Source of the DNA: Desulfatiglandales bacterium
Lineage (GTDB): Bacteria; Desulfobacterota; DSM-4660; Desulfatiglandales; HGW-15
Assembly: GCA_963667015.2 (NCBI GenBank)
Contig: CAXXJJ010000004.1
Span: forward strand, 3,072,001-3,136,000
Direction of reading: 5' to 3'
DNA: 64,000 nucleotides
Part shown: in pieces, positions 10,925 to 19,420 of the stretch
How the letters are laid out: every line of letters starts with the position of its first letter
Numbering within the stretch: the stretch's first letter is position 1
The notes under the pieces: model-generated
The model's database searches: none
The model's input: the letters and a program-made list of their open reading frames with translations, nothing else
What the model was told of the DNA's origin: nothing
Translations under genes and position numbers: made by a program

Positions 10925-12361
10925 CTATTCATCTGTCACAATTTTTCTGAGGGCCTTAACCATATCTTCAGGCAATAATTGAGGCTTGTGATTTTCAAGA
11001 ATCTCATCTACCTTTTCTGTTGCCCGTTCACCCAGATCCTTTGCCCCTTTTGCCTGCCACTGGTTATAATTTCCGCGTTCAAAAAGTTCGGGATACCACC
11101 GGTCTCTGAAATGCTTCAGGGTATGGGGATGATCAAGATACTGTCCGTCCGGACCTACTTCATCAATAAGGTCAAGAGCCAGGGTATCATCATTGATCTC
11201 CGTTTCCTTCATAAAGGCCTCAAGCCAGCTTATGATCTCGTTGCATATAGCCAGTTGCGGAAGTGACCCGGAAAGACCTGACTCCAGGTAACCAACATCG
11301 TGAATCATATTACCACCAAACAGTGCATCGGTAAACAGGGTGAGTGCGGCTTCGATTGCGGCCTGCTGATCAACCAGTTTTGATTCGCTGCAGCCGCCGA
11401 GGCTGAATGTCGGGAGCCCCATGTACTTGGCAAAATCAATTGCCTGGCCACGTTTCTCGGGATCGGCATATGGCTGAATGGTAGAAGACATATCCAGCAT
11501 GTTGCCTCCCCAGCCCGGCATAATAAAAGGCGCGCCTTCCCTTTTAAGCTGAGAGATAACAAGCCCTGCAAGAACCCCTGCATAGTTTACAGCCATAGTC
11601 CCTGCAATAGTTATTGGCGAAGTCACACCTCCCTGGGCCGACGGAATATAGCTGAAGGGCAGTCCTCTTCCTGATAAATACAATAATTTTTTAAGGGCTT
11701 CCTTATTGTGCACAAGGCCCCTGGTAACATTTATGTAGCATGCTGCAAAGGGTTTATATCTTAGTTTATCCTTTCCGCCTGCAACCAGTTCAGCCATTCT
11801 TACAACATCAACACATCCCTCAAATTCAGGCGCCACATAAACAATGGGCTTTGTAGTATAGTTGAGCATGGCCTCCATCTCGTAGCGGTCAAGCCTTTCC
11901 TGGGGAACATCCGAGGGCAGAAACATACTCATTACAAAATCTATATGTGGAAGGGCATCACTTACGATCATTCCCTCTTTAACGTCCTTAAGGGTCGCAA
12001 AGCGTCTTTCTCCTGACCTGTGATCCACAATATACGGGCAGTCTGATCCTGTCCCGAAATAACTGCGTGACCCGCCTACCTGCATTGCCCGCCTGCGGTT
12101 ACGGTCATATAAGGTGACATTTTTAGGAACAGTGCTGAATGCCTTTTCGACCATTCCTGCGGGTATCCTGACGCGGTTTCCATCGGTTACCTCTGCTCCT
12201 GCGTTGTTTAATAGATCGATAGCTTCCTGCTCATAAAGGGATACTCCGGTCCGCTCCAGAATTTCCAGGCAGGCCCAGTATAGCTTCTGACTTTGCCCGT
12301 CAGATAATTTTTTTGCATAAGGGCTCAGCAAAGCATATTGATTACTGATTATTTTAGCCAT
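10925..12361 (-). CDS. Trimethylamine methyltransferase (MttB) superfamily protein, non-pyrrolysine
   Basis: SPITIAG, SESKLVDQQAAIE, HDVGYLESG, VGPDGQYLDHPHT; no internal amber codon. Confidence 0.85.
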   Translation of the reverse strand: MAKIISNQYALLSPYAKKLSDGQSQKLYWACLEILERTGVSLYEQEAIDLLNNAGAEVTDGNRVRIPAGMVEKAFSTVPKNVTLYDRNRRRAMQVGGSRSYFGTGSDCPYIVDHRSGERRFATLKDVKEGMIVSDALPHIDFVMSMFLPSDVPQERLDRYEMEAMLNYTTKPIVYVAPEFEGCVDVVRMAELVAGGKDKLRYKPFAACYINVTRGLVHNKEALKKLLYLSGRGLPFSYIPSAQGGVTSPITIAGTMAVNYAGVLAGLVISQLKREGAPFIMPGWGGNMLDMSSTIQPYADPEKRGQAIDFAKYMGLPTFSLGGCSESKLVDQQAAIEAALTLFTDALFGGNMIHDVGYLESGLSGSLPQLAICNEIISWLEAFMKETEINDDTLALDLIDEVGPDGQYLDHPHTLKHFRDRWYPELFERGNYNQWQAKGAKDLGERATEKVDEILENHKPQLLPEDMVKALRKIVTDE

Positions 12362-12524
12362 AAATTAACTCCTTTGGTTTAAATTTCAGTGTGATAAATT
12401 ATAAAAAATATTTTAAAAATTATTAAAAGGCTGAAACTGTTAAGAATGAAGGCCTGTCCTTTTTGATTACATATCCCGGCTTAAATTTAAAAACAGGGAG
12501 AAAAAGGCAGGACTTCCCTGGACG

Positions 12525-12803
12525 TTAGAAAACGGTCCGACCGACAAATCGGTCCTTTGATTTTCTGAATTTGGAACACAGGTTTCTTTGATGATCAGAG
12601 GAAGATGAACACCATTGGCCGCAGCCGTAGTCGCTGCCTGTATTTTTGATTATGCTTTTACATTCAGGGCAGCGGCGGGTAATTTCATCTTTAAAGAATT
12701 CAACAGTATTACCGCAATGAGGGCATTCGAGTTCAAATATGGAATCAAATCCCCATTCACTAAAATCATTGCCTGAACATTTTCTCAATTTTCTTTTCCT
12801 CAT
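12525..12803 (-). CDS. Small Cys-rich zinc-ribbon protein
   Basis: CPHCG, EFFKDE, CPEC, GCGQWC. Confidence 0.65.
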   Translation of the reverse strand: MRKRKLRKCSGNDFSEWGFDSIFELECPHCGNTVEFFKDEITRRCPECKSIIKNTGSDYGCGQWCSSSSDHQRNLCSKFRKSKDRFVGRTVF

Positions 12804-13028
12804 TGGATTTTAATTTTGTAAAAGCTGCACTTCTATATCAGATTTTGTCTCATTTTAAAAGGGCTGCACCCTCATCACTACTTTTACTCAATTATATCAG
12901 TCAGATAAAGATAGGGATATGGCGATGGCGTTTAATCGGGATCAGGTTTTCCGGAAAAGGATTGTTGACATGCCTGGCCCTGAATGAAATACTTTTTTTC
13001 ATACAAAAATCCTTTGGATTAGATCGAT

Positions 13029-14324
13029 ATGCATAACTGGCTTTATTTAACTATATTTGTTTTATCCTTTCTGGGAATTACAATCCTGTCACTGCACCGG
13101 TTCAGGCAGGTAAAAACCAGTGCTGATTTTTCCGTGGCCAGCCGTTCTCTGGGGGCGCCCGGCGTGTCATGGGTTATTATCGGCACCCTGGTTGGCGGTG
13201 CGTCTACCATCGGTACTGTCCAGATGGCCTATGAAAGCGGTTTATCCGCCTGGATCTTCACGCTGGGAAGCGGGATCGCATGCTTTTTTCTTGGACTGCT
13301 CTTTTCAAAGGCACTGCGCGAAAGAGGCACCATTACTGTCTCCGAATTCCTGGGATTACAGTTCGGAAAATCCTTTCAGGTATACAGCAGCCTGTTTACT
13401 TCTATAGGTATGTTTGTGCATGTAGTAGGACAGTTTCTTGCCTCCATGGCCATTCTCCAGTCCATTTTCGGATTTTCAGTATGGCCTTCCATTATTATCA
13501 GCTTTATGCTCATGGCCCTGTTTGTAACCCTTGGGGGTGTGAGCGGTGCCGGATTGATCGGCAAGTTTAAATTTTTCATGCTCTACGGCATGCTGCTGCT
13601 TTCCGCAGGATACGCACTCAAACTCGGAAACGGCACTGCGATGCTTGACCGCCTTCCCGATAAGGAAACTCTTTTTAATCTTTTTTCCTATGGTACGGGC
13701 CAGGGCATAATTGATCTGGGTTCCATGATTGTAGGCGTGATCTCCACCCAGATTTATCTGCAGGCTATTTTCAGTGCAAGGGATGTTCGGGCCGCGCGAA
13801 ACGGGGCATATCTCAGTGCAGCCATCATTCCGCCTGTGGGCATCATGGGCATTGTAATCGGGTTATATCTAAAGGCCTATCATCCTGAACTTGCCGGAAA
13901 CACGGCCCAGGCCCTTCCATTTTTTCTGAACACATATTTTCCGCCTGCCCTTGCGGCATTTTTTTCTGCCGGACTTTTACTTGTAGCCCTTGGAACAGGG
14001 GCAGGACTGGTTCTGGGAGTGACCACAAATCTGGATGTAGATTTTTTCGGAACAGCCGGAAAAATGAGTGCCCGAAAACATCTCATGAGACTAAGGGTGT
14101 TAAGCCTTGTTGTACTGTCTCTGTCAGTAATCCTTGTGCTTACAGGTCTGGATTCCGCCATTCTGGAATGGAGCTATCTTTCCATGGGTCTGAGAGGGTC
14201 TGCCATATTTTTCGGGCTGTGCATTGCAGTATTCCTTCCTTCCTGGAACCGGTTTAAATTCCTGCGGTATCTATTGTATCTTTTACCTCCCGTGTTTATT
14301 ATTCTGGCATTGTTTTTACAGTAA
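13029..14324 (+). CDS. Sodium:solute symporter family transporter
   Basis: DFSVASRSLG, GTLVGGASTIG, many TM helices. Confidence 0.85.
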   Translation: MHNWLYLTIFVLSFLGITILSLHRFRQVKTSADFSVASRSLGAPGVSWVIIGTLVGGASTIGTVQMAYESGLSAWIFTLGSGIACFFLGLLFSKALRERGTITVSEFLGLQFGKSFQVYSSLFTSIGMFVHVVGQFLASMAILQSIFGFSVWPSIIISFMLMALFVTLGGVSGAGLIGKFKFFMLYGMLLLSAGYALKLGNGTAMLDRLPDKETLFNLFSYGTGQGIIDLGSMIVGVISTQIYLQAIFSARDVRAARNGAYLSAAIIPPVGIMGIVIGLYLKAYHPELAGNTAQALPFFLNTYFPPALAAFFSAGLLLVALGTGAGLVLGVTTNLDVDFFGTAGKMSARKHLMRLRVLSLVVLSLSVILVLTGLDSAILEWSYLSMGLRGSAIFFGLCIAVFLPSWNRFKFLRYLLYLLPPVFIILALFLQ

Positions 14325-14355
14325 ATGATTTCCAAACCTGAAACAGGAGAACAGT

Positions 14356-15030
14356 ATGAACTCGGAAACCAATGCAAAAACACCTGAAGAATTAAGTAAT
14401 AACGGGTTTGAATTGATGAAAGCCGGTGATTATGATTCTGCTCTCCCGCTTTTTTTAGAGGCAGCAGAACTCTACACACAGGATAAGGATTTTAAAAATA
14501 AGGCTGTTCAGCTTCAGATGATATCCGAAATTTATCGACTGACCAGTAATATCAATGAGGCAGTTAAAACTTGTGAACACCTGGTTGAGCTGTATGAAGA
14601 AATTAAGGAATATGAGCAGGAATTCCGTGTTTTAAACAATATGGGGCTTCTTGAGATCGGCCGAAAAAATTATGACAGGGCACTTGTCCGGTTCCAGAAT
14701 GCCCTGGAACTGGCCGGGAAACTGGGTAATAAAAAAAATGAGGCAATTCAGTCCGGGAATATAGGTTCTACCTATCGGGACATGAGTAATTCGGAAAAGG
14801 CCATTGAGTACTATGAAAAGGCGCTTCGTCTTTACGAAGAATCAGGGCAACGAGAAGGCGTTGCAGATCAGTACACAAATATCGCCTATATTCATGTTAC
14901 AGAGAAAAGATTTAAAGAGGCCCTCGAGTTCTATCAAAAGGCCCTGCCTGTTTATATGGAAACAGAAAAAACAGATAAGGCACAATTTACAGGGCAGAAT
15001 ATTGAAAAGCTTGAGGCAATTATCAGTTAA
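14356..15030 (+). CDS. TPR protein
   Basis: Repeated TPR motifs (NIG..Y..A..YYEKAL). Confidence 0.8.
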   Translation: MNSETNAKTPEELSNNGFELMKAGDYDSALPLFLEAAELYTQDKDFKNKAVQLQMISEIYRLTSNINEAVKTCEHLVELYEEIKEYEQEFRVLNNMGLLEIGRKNYDRALVRFQNALELAGKLGNKKNEAIQSGNIGSTYRDMSNSEKAIEYYEKALRLYEESGQREGVADQYTNIAYIHVTEKRFKEALEFYQKALPVYMETEKTDKAQFTGQNIEKLEAIIS

Positions 15031-15037
15031 CAATAAG

Positions 15038-15079
15038 AAAGGGGCAGTATTTTTTCTTACAAAAAAATACTGCCCCTTT
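15038..15079. terminator. Bidirectional intrinsic terminator
   Basis: aaaggggcagtatttttt / aaaaaatactgccccttt between convergent genes. Confidence 0.75.
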
Positions 15080-15099
15080 GTTATATTAATAAAATTCTT

Positions 15100-15405
15100 T
15101 TAATCCTGATTCTTCTGGAGATTGTCACATACCCCATCTCCATCCGCATCTACATAATTGGGTCCCTGCTGAGCTCCTCTGCCAGCGCCTTTTTTCCCCT
15201 GGCCTTTGTAACCCTTGCCTTTTCCTGCGCCACGTGAACCGGCATTATCACAAATCCCGTCTCCGTTTTTATCCACATAATTCATTCCGCATTTAGCACC
15301 GCCAGCACCACGCCCATATCTTTTGCCATTACCCTGGGCATATGACCAGGATCCAACAGCCAGGATACAGATGGTTAACATTATTATTGTTGCTATACGT
15401 CTCAT
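15100..15405 (-). CDS. Small secreted Gly-rich protein with two YVDxxGDGxCD repeats
   Basis: Signal peptide; EF-hand-like repeats; AGGAG RBS. Confidence 0.7.
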   Translation of the reverse strand: MRRIATIIMLTICILAVGSWSYAQGNGKRYGRGAGGAKCGMNYVDKNGDGICDNAGSRGAGKGKGYKGQGKKGAGRGAQQGPNYVDADGDGVCDNLQKNQD

Positions 15406-15940
15406 TGTTTATCTCCTTTATAAATATTCTGGTTTAATTTTTACCTTTATTCCCGAAATCAGCGCTGGTTTCGTTCATGTCTCAGCATGCATTCATCTGG
15501 TAATACGAACCGGAGATTAATTTTCTTTCATTTTTTTCAAAAAAAATAAAAAACCCGGAAACAGGGTATGCGAATTTAAATAACTACTTATTATTACAAA
15601 ACATTTTTTATAACATTTTTCAATTTGGGGATTTTGCTGATATTGGCATTTTCCCCAAATAGAAAAATTTCATATTTGAATCAGCGCCCCCCAACAGCCT
15701 TCAGGCCAACCGGCTTCTTTTCCTGGTTCCAATGGTCCTCCTTTGGAACGCCGCCTTTTGACGCTCTGCGTCGCCTTTATGCATTTCCTCTTTTATCAGC
15801 CTTTCCTAAAGTCTTCAGCCTTTAGCTGTTGACATAGCTATGATACTTTTCATAATAATGTCCTCTTAAGATTAAACAGTAATACCTTTTCGCTGGCAAA
15901 GGCTTTTCCAGCTATTTCAACTTGAGACATCAGGAAAATC

Positions 15941-16360
15941 ATGGGCTATAGTTTAAGAATATTCTTTATTGATAAAGACGACAACATTAAGAAGGTCCCT
16001 TTAACCCGTTTTGACAGAATCCGGGCAAGAGATCCCAAAGAAAAACTTCTTGAATATAAAAATTCCAGAATCAGATATGCAGAGATAGTGGTAGAGCTTG
16101 CAAACAGAAAACCTGTTTTTATGGCAAGAGCTGTTTATGGTTATCTGCAATTTGACTCGGAGGGACGGCTTGATAAAAAGTTTATGGATGATGAGTGGGA
16201 TATAATGTGCAATATCCTCCCATTATCTTCCTCGCCAGATGCTGATAAAAAGATTATATATGCCAATGACAGGTTCGCAGAAAAGAGATTCAAAAATAAA
16301 TTTAAATGGTCGCCTTCTCCTGAACTTGAAAAGAAAATCTTTGATAAAATATTTGAATAA
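15941..16360 (+). CDS. Hypothetical protein
   Basis: 139-aa ORF with AGGA RBS and TTGACA/CATAAT upstream. Confidence 0.7.
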   Translation: MGYSLRIFFIDKDDNIKKVPLTRFDRIRARDPKEKLLEYKNSRIRYAEIVVELANRKPVFMARAVYGYLQFDSEGRLDKKFMDDEWDIMCNILPLSSSPDADKKIIYANDRFAEKRFKNKFKWSPSPELEKKIFDKIFE

Positions 16361-16425
16361 AATTTATTTACAGCATTGTTGAGTAAAAACCATCAACCTG
16401 ATTATTTCGTTAGTGTCCCTAACTT

Positions 16426-16452
16426 GTAGGGTCAGTGCCCCTGTGCCTGCCC
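16426..16452 (+). repeat. REP-like GTAG palindrome
   Basis: GTAG-GGTCAGTGCCCCTGTGCCTGCCC, a GTAG-tailed imperfect hairpin. Confidence 0.45.
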
Positions 16453-16539
16453 GGGTTTTGCTTTTTCTCTTTTATCTTTCATCGAAAAATCTTTCGCCCT
16501 TTTTCGAGAAGGTTGGAGTGTAAGGCTATATATACCTAT

Positions 16540-16579
16540 TTTTTAAACCGGTTCTAGACCGGTTAATAACATGTTCTGC
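16540..16579 (+). other. Candidate attI (integron insertion site)
   Basis: GTTCTGC (16573) is complementary at 6/7 to R'' GTAGAAC of the first cassette; preceded by ACCGGTT direct repeats and no attC hairpin. Confidence 0.4.
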
Positions 16580-16589
16580 CTTTAGATAG

Positions 16590-16617
16590 TTGACAAATCC
16601 ACCCTCTGTTGTACAAT
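16590..16617 (+). promoter_or_regulatory. Sigma-70 promoter of the TA cassette
   Basis: TTGACA-16-TACAAT; TTGTACAA palindrome overlaps the -10. Confidence 0.6.
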
Positions 16618-16645
16618 TGTCATTTATTAGTTCTTGGGGGCACAT

Positions 16646-17038
16646 ATGGAGATAATAATTGACACATCAGCATTAATAGCCGTTATCGTTGGAGAACCGG
16701 AACGTGATGCCATAGTCGATATTACCACTGGAAATAACCTGATAGGGCCGGGCTCAATTCCCTGGGAAATTGGAAATGCCTTTTCTGCAATGTTTAGACA
16801 AAAAAGATTAACAATACAAGAAGCTGAAAAAGGTGTTGCAATATTTAAAAGTATCCCTCTCCGCTACATCGAGCCGGATTTTATCAATTCGCTAAAAATA
16901 TCAAAAAAGACTAATATGTATGCTTATGATGCATATTTTCTTGATTGTGCTATGAGGTACAATGCTCCATTGCTGACATTGGATAAAAAACTAGAAGCAA
17001 TGGCAAATAAATTAAATATCCAAACACTGGAGGTTTAA
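16646..17038 (+). CDS. vapC: VapC/PIN toxin
   Basis: IIDTSALIA, WEIGNA, AYDAYFL, LLTLD. Confidence 0.9.
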   Translation: MEIIIDTSALIAVIVGEPERDAIVDITTGNNLIGPGSIPWEIGNAFSAMFRQKRLTIQEAEKGVAIFKSIPLRYIEPDFINSLKISKKTNMYAYDAYFLDCAMRYNAPLLTLDKKLEAMANKLNIQTLEV

Positions 17039-17039
17039 A

Positions 17040-17258
17040 ATGCAGATATATACATATTCAGAAGCCAGGCAAAAACTTGCCTCTGTACTTGAGCAAGCTG
17101 AAAATACAGGCAAAGTATTAATCCGAAGAAAAGACGGTAGAACATTTGCATTGATCCCTGAGAAAAATGCCACGTCTCCATTAGATGTCCCATCAATTAA
17201 AGCCAAAGTCTCCACACAGGACATTGTAGATATCATTCGGGAAGGCAGAGAGAGGTAG
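17040..17258 (+). CDS. Phd/YefM-family antitoxin
   Basis: YTYSEARQKLASVLEQA...VLIRR. Confidence 0.85.
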   Translation: MQIYTYSEARQKLASVLEQAENTGKVLIRRKDGRTFALIPEKNATSPLDVPSIKAKVSTQDIVDIIREGRER

Positions 17259-17316
17259 AACAAATGCATCAACTAAGACAAGGCGTTCCGCCTTGCTTGT
17301 TATGCTAGCATTAGCA
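17255..17316 (+). other. attC site 1 (R' mutated to ATTAGCA)
   Basis: GTAGAAC..GCATCAAC..hairpin..GTTATGC..ATTAGCA. Confidence 0.75.
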
Positions 17317-17331
17317 GTGGGAGGCTTCAAA

Positions 17332-17958
17332 ATGATTTGGCTTTTTATAACAATAATTACAGCATTAATCATTTTTTTCATTTTGGTAATGAGAAGAAGT
17401 GGACAGACACACCAAGCAGACCTTACAATCCTGCCTGAGAGATTCGTTGTGTTTGATCTTGAAACCACTGGCTTAAAACTAGAGTCTCATGAAATAATTG
17501 AAATCGGAGCTATTCGCGTAAATCGTGACTCTGATAACCACGATACTTTCCAAGCATTGGTTAAGCCCACCAAGAAGATCCCTAAGAAAATTACCGAAAT
17601 TACAGGCATTACCCAAGATATGGTTGAGAACGACGGTGAACCCTTGGAAATACTTCTGCCCCAATTTCTAGTGTTTATAGGCGACCTTCCGCTCGTATCC
17701 TATAATGCTGAATTTGATATGGTTTTTTTAACAGCCGCAATAAAAAAAATTCAAGCTGGCAAACAGGTCAAAAATCGTGTTTCCTGTGCATTAAAGATGG
17801 CACGTCGCGCTTGGCCTGGACTGAAAAGCTATCGCTTACCTGATCTTGCAAAAATTGGTAACTTATCTGATGAGGATACTCACCGTGCGCTTGGTGACTG
17901 CAAACGTACGATGATTGTTTATACAGCAGCTGCAACCGAGTTGAAGAGTGTAAGGTAG
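17332..17958 (+). CDS. Membrane-anchored DEDDh 3'-5' exonuclease (DnaQ-like), cassette gene
   Basis: N-terminal TM; FDLETTG, YNAEFD, HRALGD. Confidence 0.85.
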   Translation: MIWLFITIITALIIFFILVMRRSGQTHQADLTILPERFVVFDLETTGLKLESHEIIEIGAIRVNRDSDNHDTFQALVKPTKKIPKKITEITGITQDMVENDGEPLEILLPQFLVFIGDLPLVSYNAEFDMVFLTAAIKKIQAGKQVKNRVSCALKMARRAWPGLKSYRLPDLAKIGNLSDEDTHRALGDCKRTMIVYTAAATELKSVR

Positions 17959-18044
17959 GTAGATGAATACTAACAATTTATTACCATCTGTTAATTTTTA
18001 TCAATGGTTTTGATGGTGACATCCACACATTGTGGAGTTATATC

Positions 18045-18416
18045 ATGAAACGAAACCTTGATCTTGTTAGGAAGTTACTTTTTTATTTTGAGGAAAAACC
18101 AGATGACAAAATAGAGGAGTGCCAGCCTATTGAGGGATACTCATCGCTGGAGATCAAGTATCATCCCTTACTCATGGATGAAGCCGGTCTTTTACGGTGC
18201 GAACGAGAAGTAACATCAAGCGGGAGAACAATATATGTACTACCTATGAGCCTTACATGGCAGGGTCATGAGTTTCTGGATGCAGCCCGGAATAGTAATT
18301 TCTGGCAAAGAGCCAAGACCATAGTCTATGAAAAAAATGGGGCACTATCCTTTGATATGCTTAAATCTGTACTACTGCATCTGTCAAAGGAGAGCATACA
18401 GGCATTTATCAGCTAA
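18045..18416 (+). CDS. DUF2513-family protein, cassette gene
   Basis: MKRNLDLVRKLL, LTWQGHEFLDAAR; stop overlaps R''-like AGCTAAC. Confidence 0.8.
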   Translation: MKRNLDLVRKLLFYFEEKPDDKIEECQPIEGYSSLEIKYHPLLMDEAGLLRCEREVTSSGRTIYVLPMSLTWQGHEFLDAARNSNFWQRAKTIVYEKNGALSFDMLKSVLLHLSKESIQAFIS

Positions 18417-18489
18417 CAATCTAATAAATCGGATTTGGAAAAAACCGACTATCAGCGCATCTATGAAACCAACAATTAACGTAATTGAA

Positions 18490-19287
18490 ATGAACTATTT
18501 GGAAGAATGCTGCAAAAAGGCTTTAGCGTCATCAGATGCCGCTTTAGTTGAAACTCAGCTAAAGTGTCTTATTAAAGATTATTCATTAATTAACTACATG
18601 CTTGGCTATAATTTTCCTCTTTGGAGAGGCAGAAAATGCGAATCACCCTCTGGATTTAAAAGCCTTAATGAATTGTCCTACCCTCCAGCAAAACTTACCA
18701 AGACCGGAAGACTTAATTATTCGGGGAAGCCTGTATTATATGCATCTTTCAATAAGTTTTGTGTTTTCGAAGAAATTGGAGCAAAAGAGGGAGAATATAT
18801 TCACCTCATAGGCTATCGAATTAAAAAACCAAAAAAGATTAGATGTTGCGTTATTGGAGAAGTTTTAAATGTACATCGTTCAGGACATGCTTGGGCTTCT
18901 GTCGAACTCGGACAGCAACTAAATAAAATCTTGAATAAAATACCCCCAAAGGTTGCTTGTAGTTTCGTTTATATCGATGCCTTTTTCTCGTCAATTCTTC
19001 GCGATGTAAAAGCTTCATCTAAAAACAACTATCTGCACTCAAGTATTCTTAGCTGTCTTCTCTTTGAAAAACTGAAGGAGGTAGATGCAATTCTTTACCC
19101 CAGCGTTGCACTTGAAAGCGCAATGAATATTGCAATATTACCTGGATCTGCTGATAGCATATTAGAGGTCGCTGGCACTTCAATAATACATATTGATAAA
19201 AAATATGAATATGGAATTTATGATTTTACTTTAGTAAGAAATGCTAAAGGAAATTTTACGAATGATTCATCGATAATCTGGGAATAA
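18490..19287 (+). CDS. RES-domain protein, cassette gene
   Basis: WRGR, SYPP, GRLN..VLYAS, FEE, ILYPSV, NIAI. Confidence 0.75.
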   Translation: MNYLEECCKKALASSDAALVETQLKCLIKDYSLINYMLGYNFPLWRGRKCESPSGFKSLNELSYPPAKLTKTGRLNYSGKPVLYASFNKFCVFEEIGAKEGEYIHLIGYRIKKPKKIRCCVIGEVLNVHRSGHAWASVELGQQLNKILNKIPPKVACSFVYIDAFFSSILRDVKASSKNNYLHSSILSCLLFEKLKEVDAILYPSVALESAMNIAILPGSADSILEVAGTSIIHIDKKYEYGIYDFTLVRNAKGNFTNDSSIIWE

Positions 19288-19292
19288 AAAAT

Positions 19293-19420
19293 GCTTACCC
19301 TTATAAGTTCAAGGTTACCCAGCTACTATATCGCTGAGCAAACAGAGTCAACATTATCAACTATCTTGGGAGCATGAGGCTAGTTGCCATAAAATCGCCG
19401 GCTCCTTAACTCAACGTTGG
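19293..19420 (+). other. attC site 4 (R'' decayed; R' split by the intron)
   Basis: L'' GTTCAAGG / L' CCTTAAC; R' GTTGG|CG completed at 21726-21727. Confidence 0.7.

Noticed and set aside
10925..12361. Pyrrolysine recoding in MttB
   Set aside because: The ORF is full length with no in-frame TAG.
15504..15530. ECF-type promoter TGAAAG-N17-CGTA on the minus strand
   Set aside because: Plausible but too short and unverified to call.
15560..15940. intI remnant upstream of the array
   Set aside because: No tyrosine-recombinase motifs recognised in any frame.
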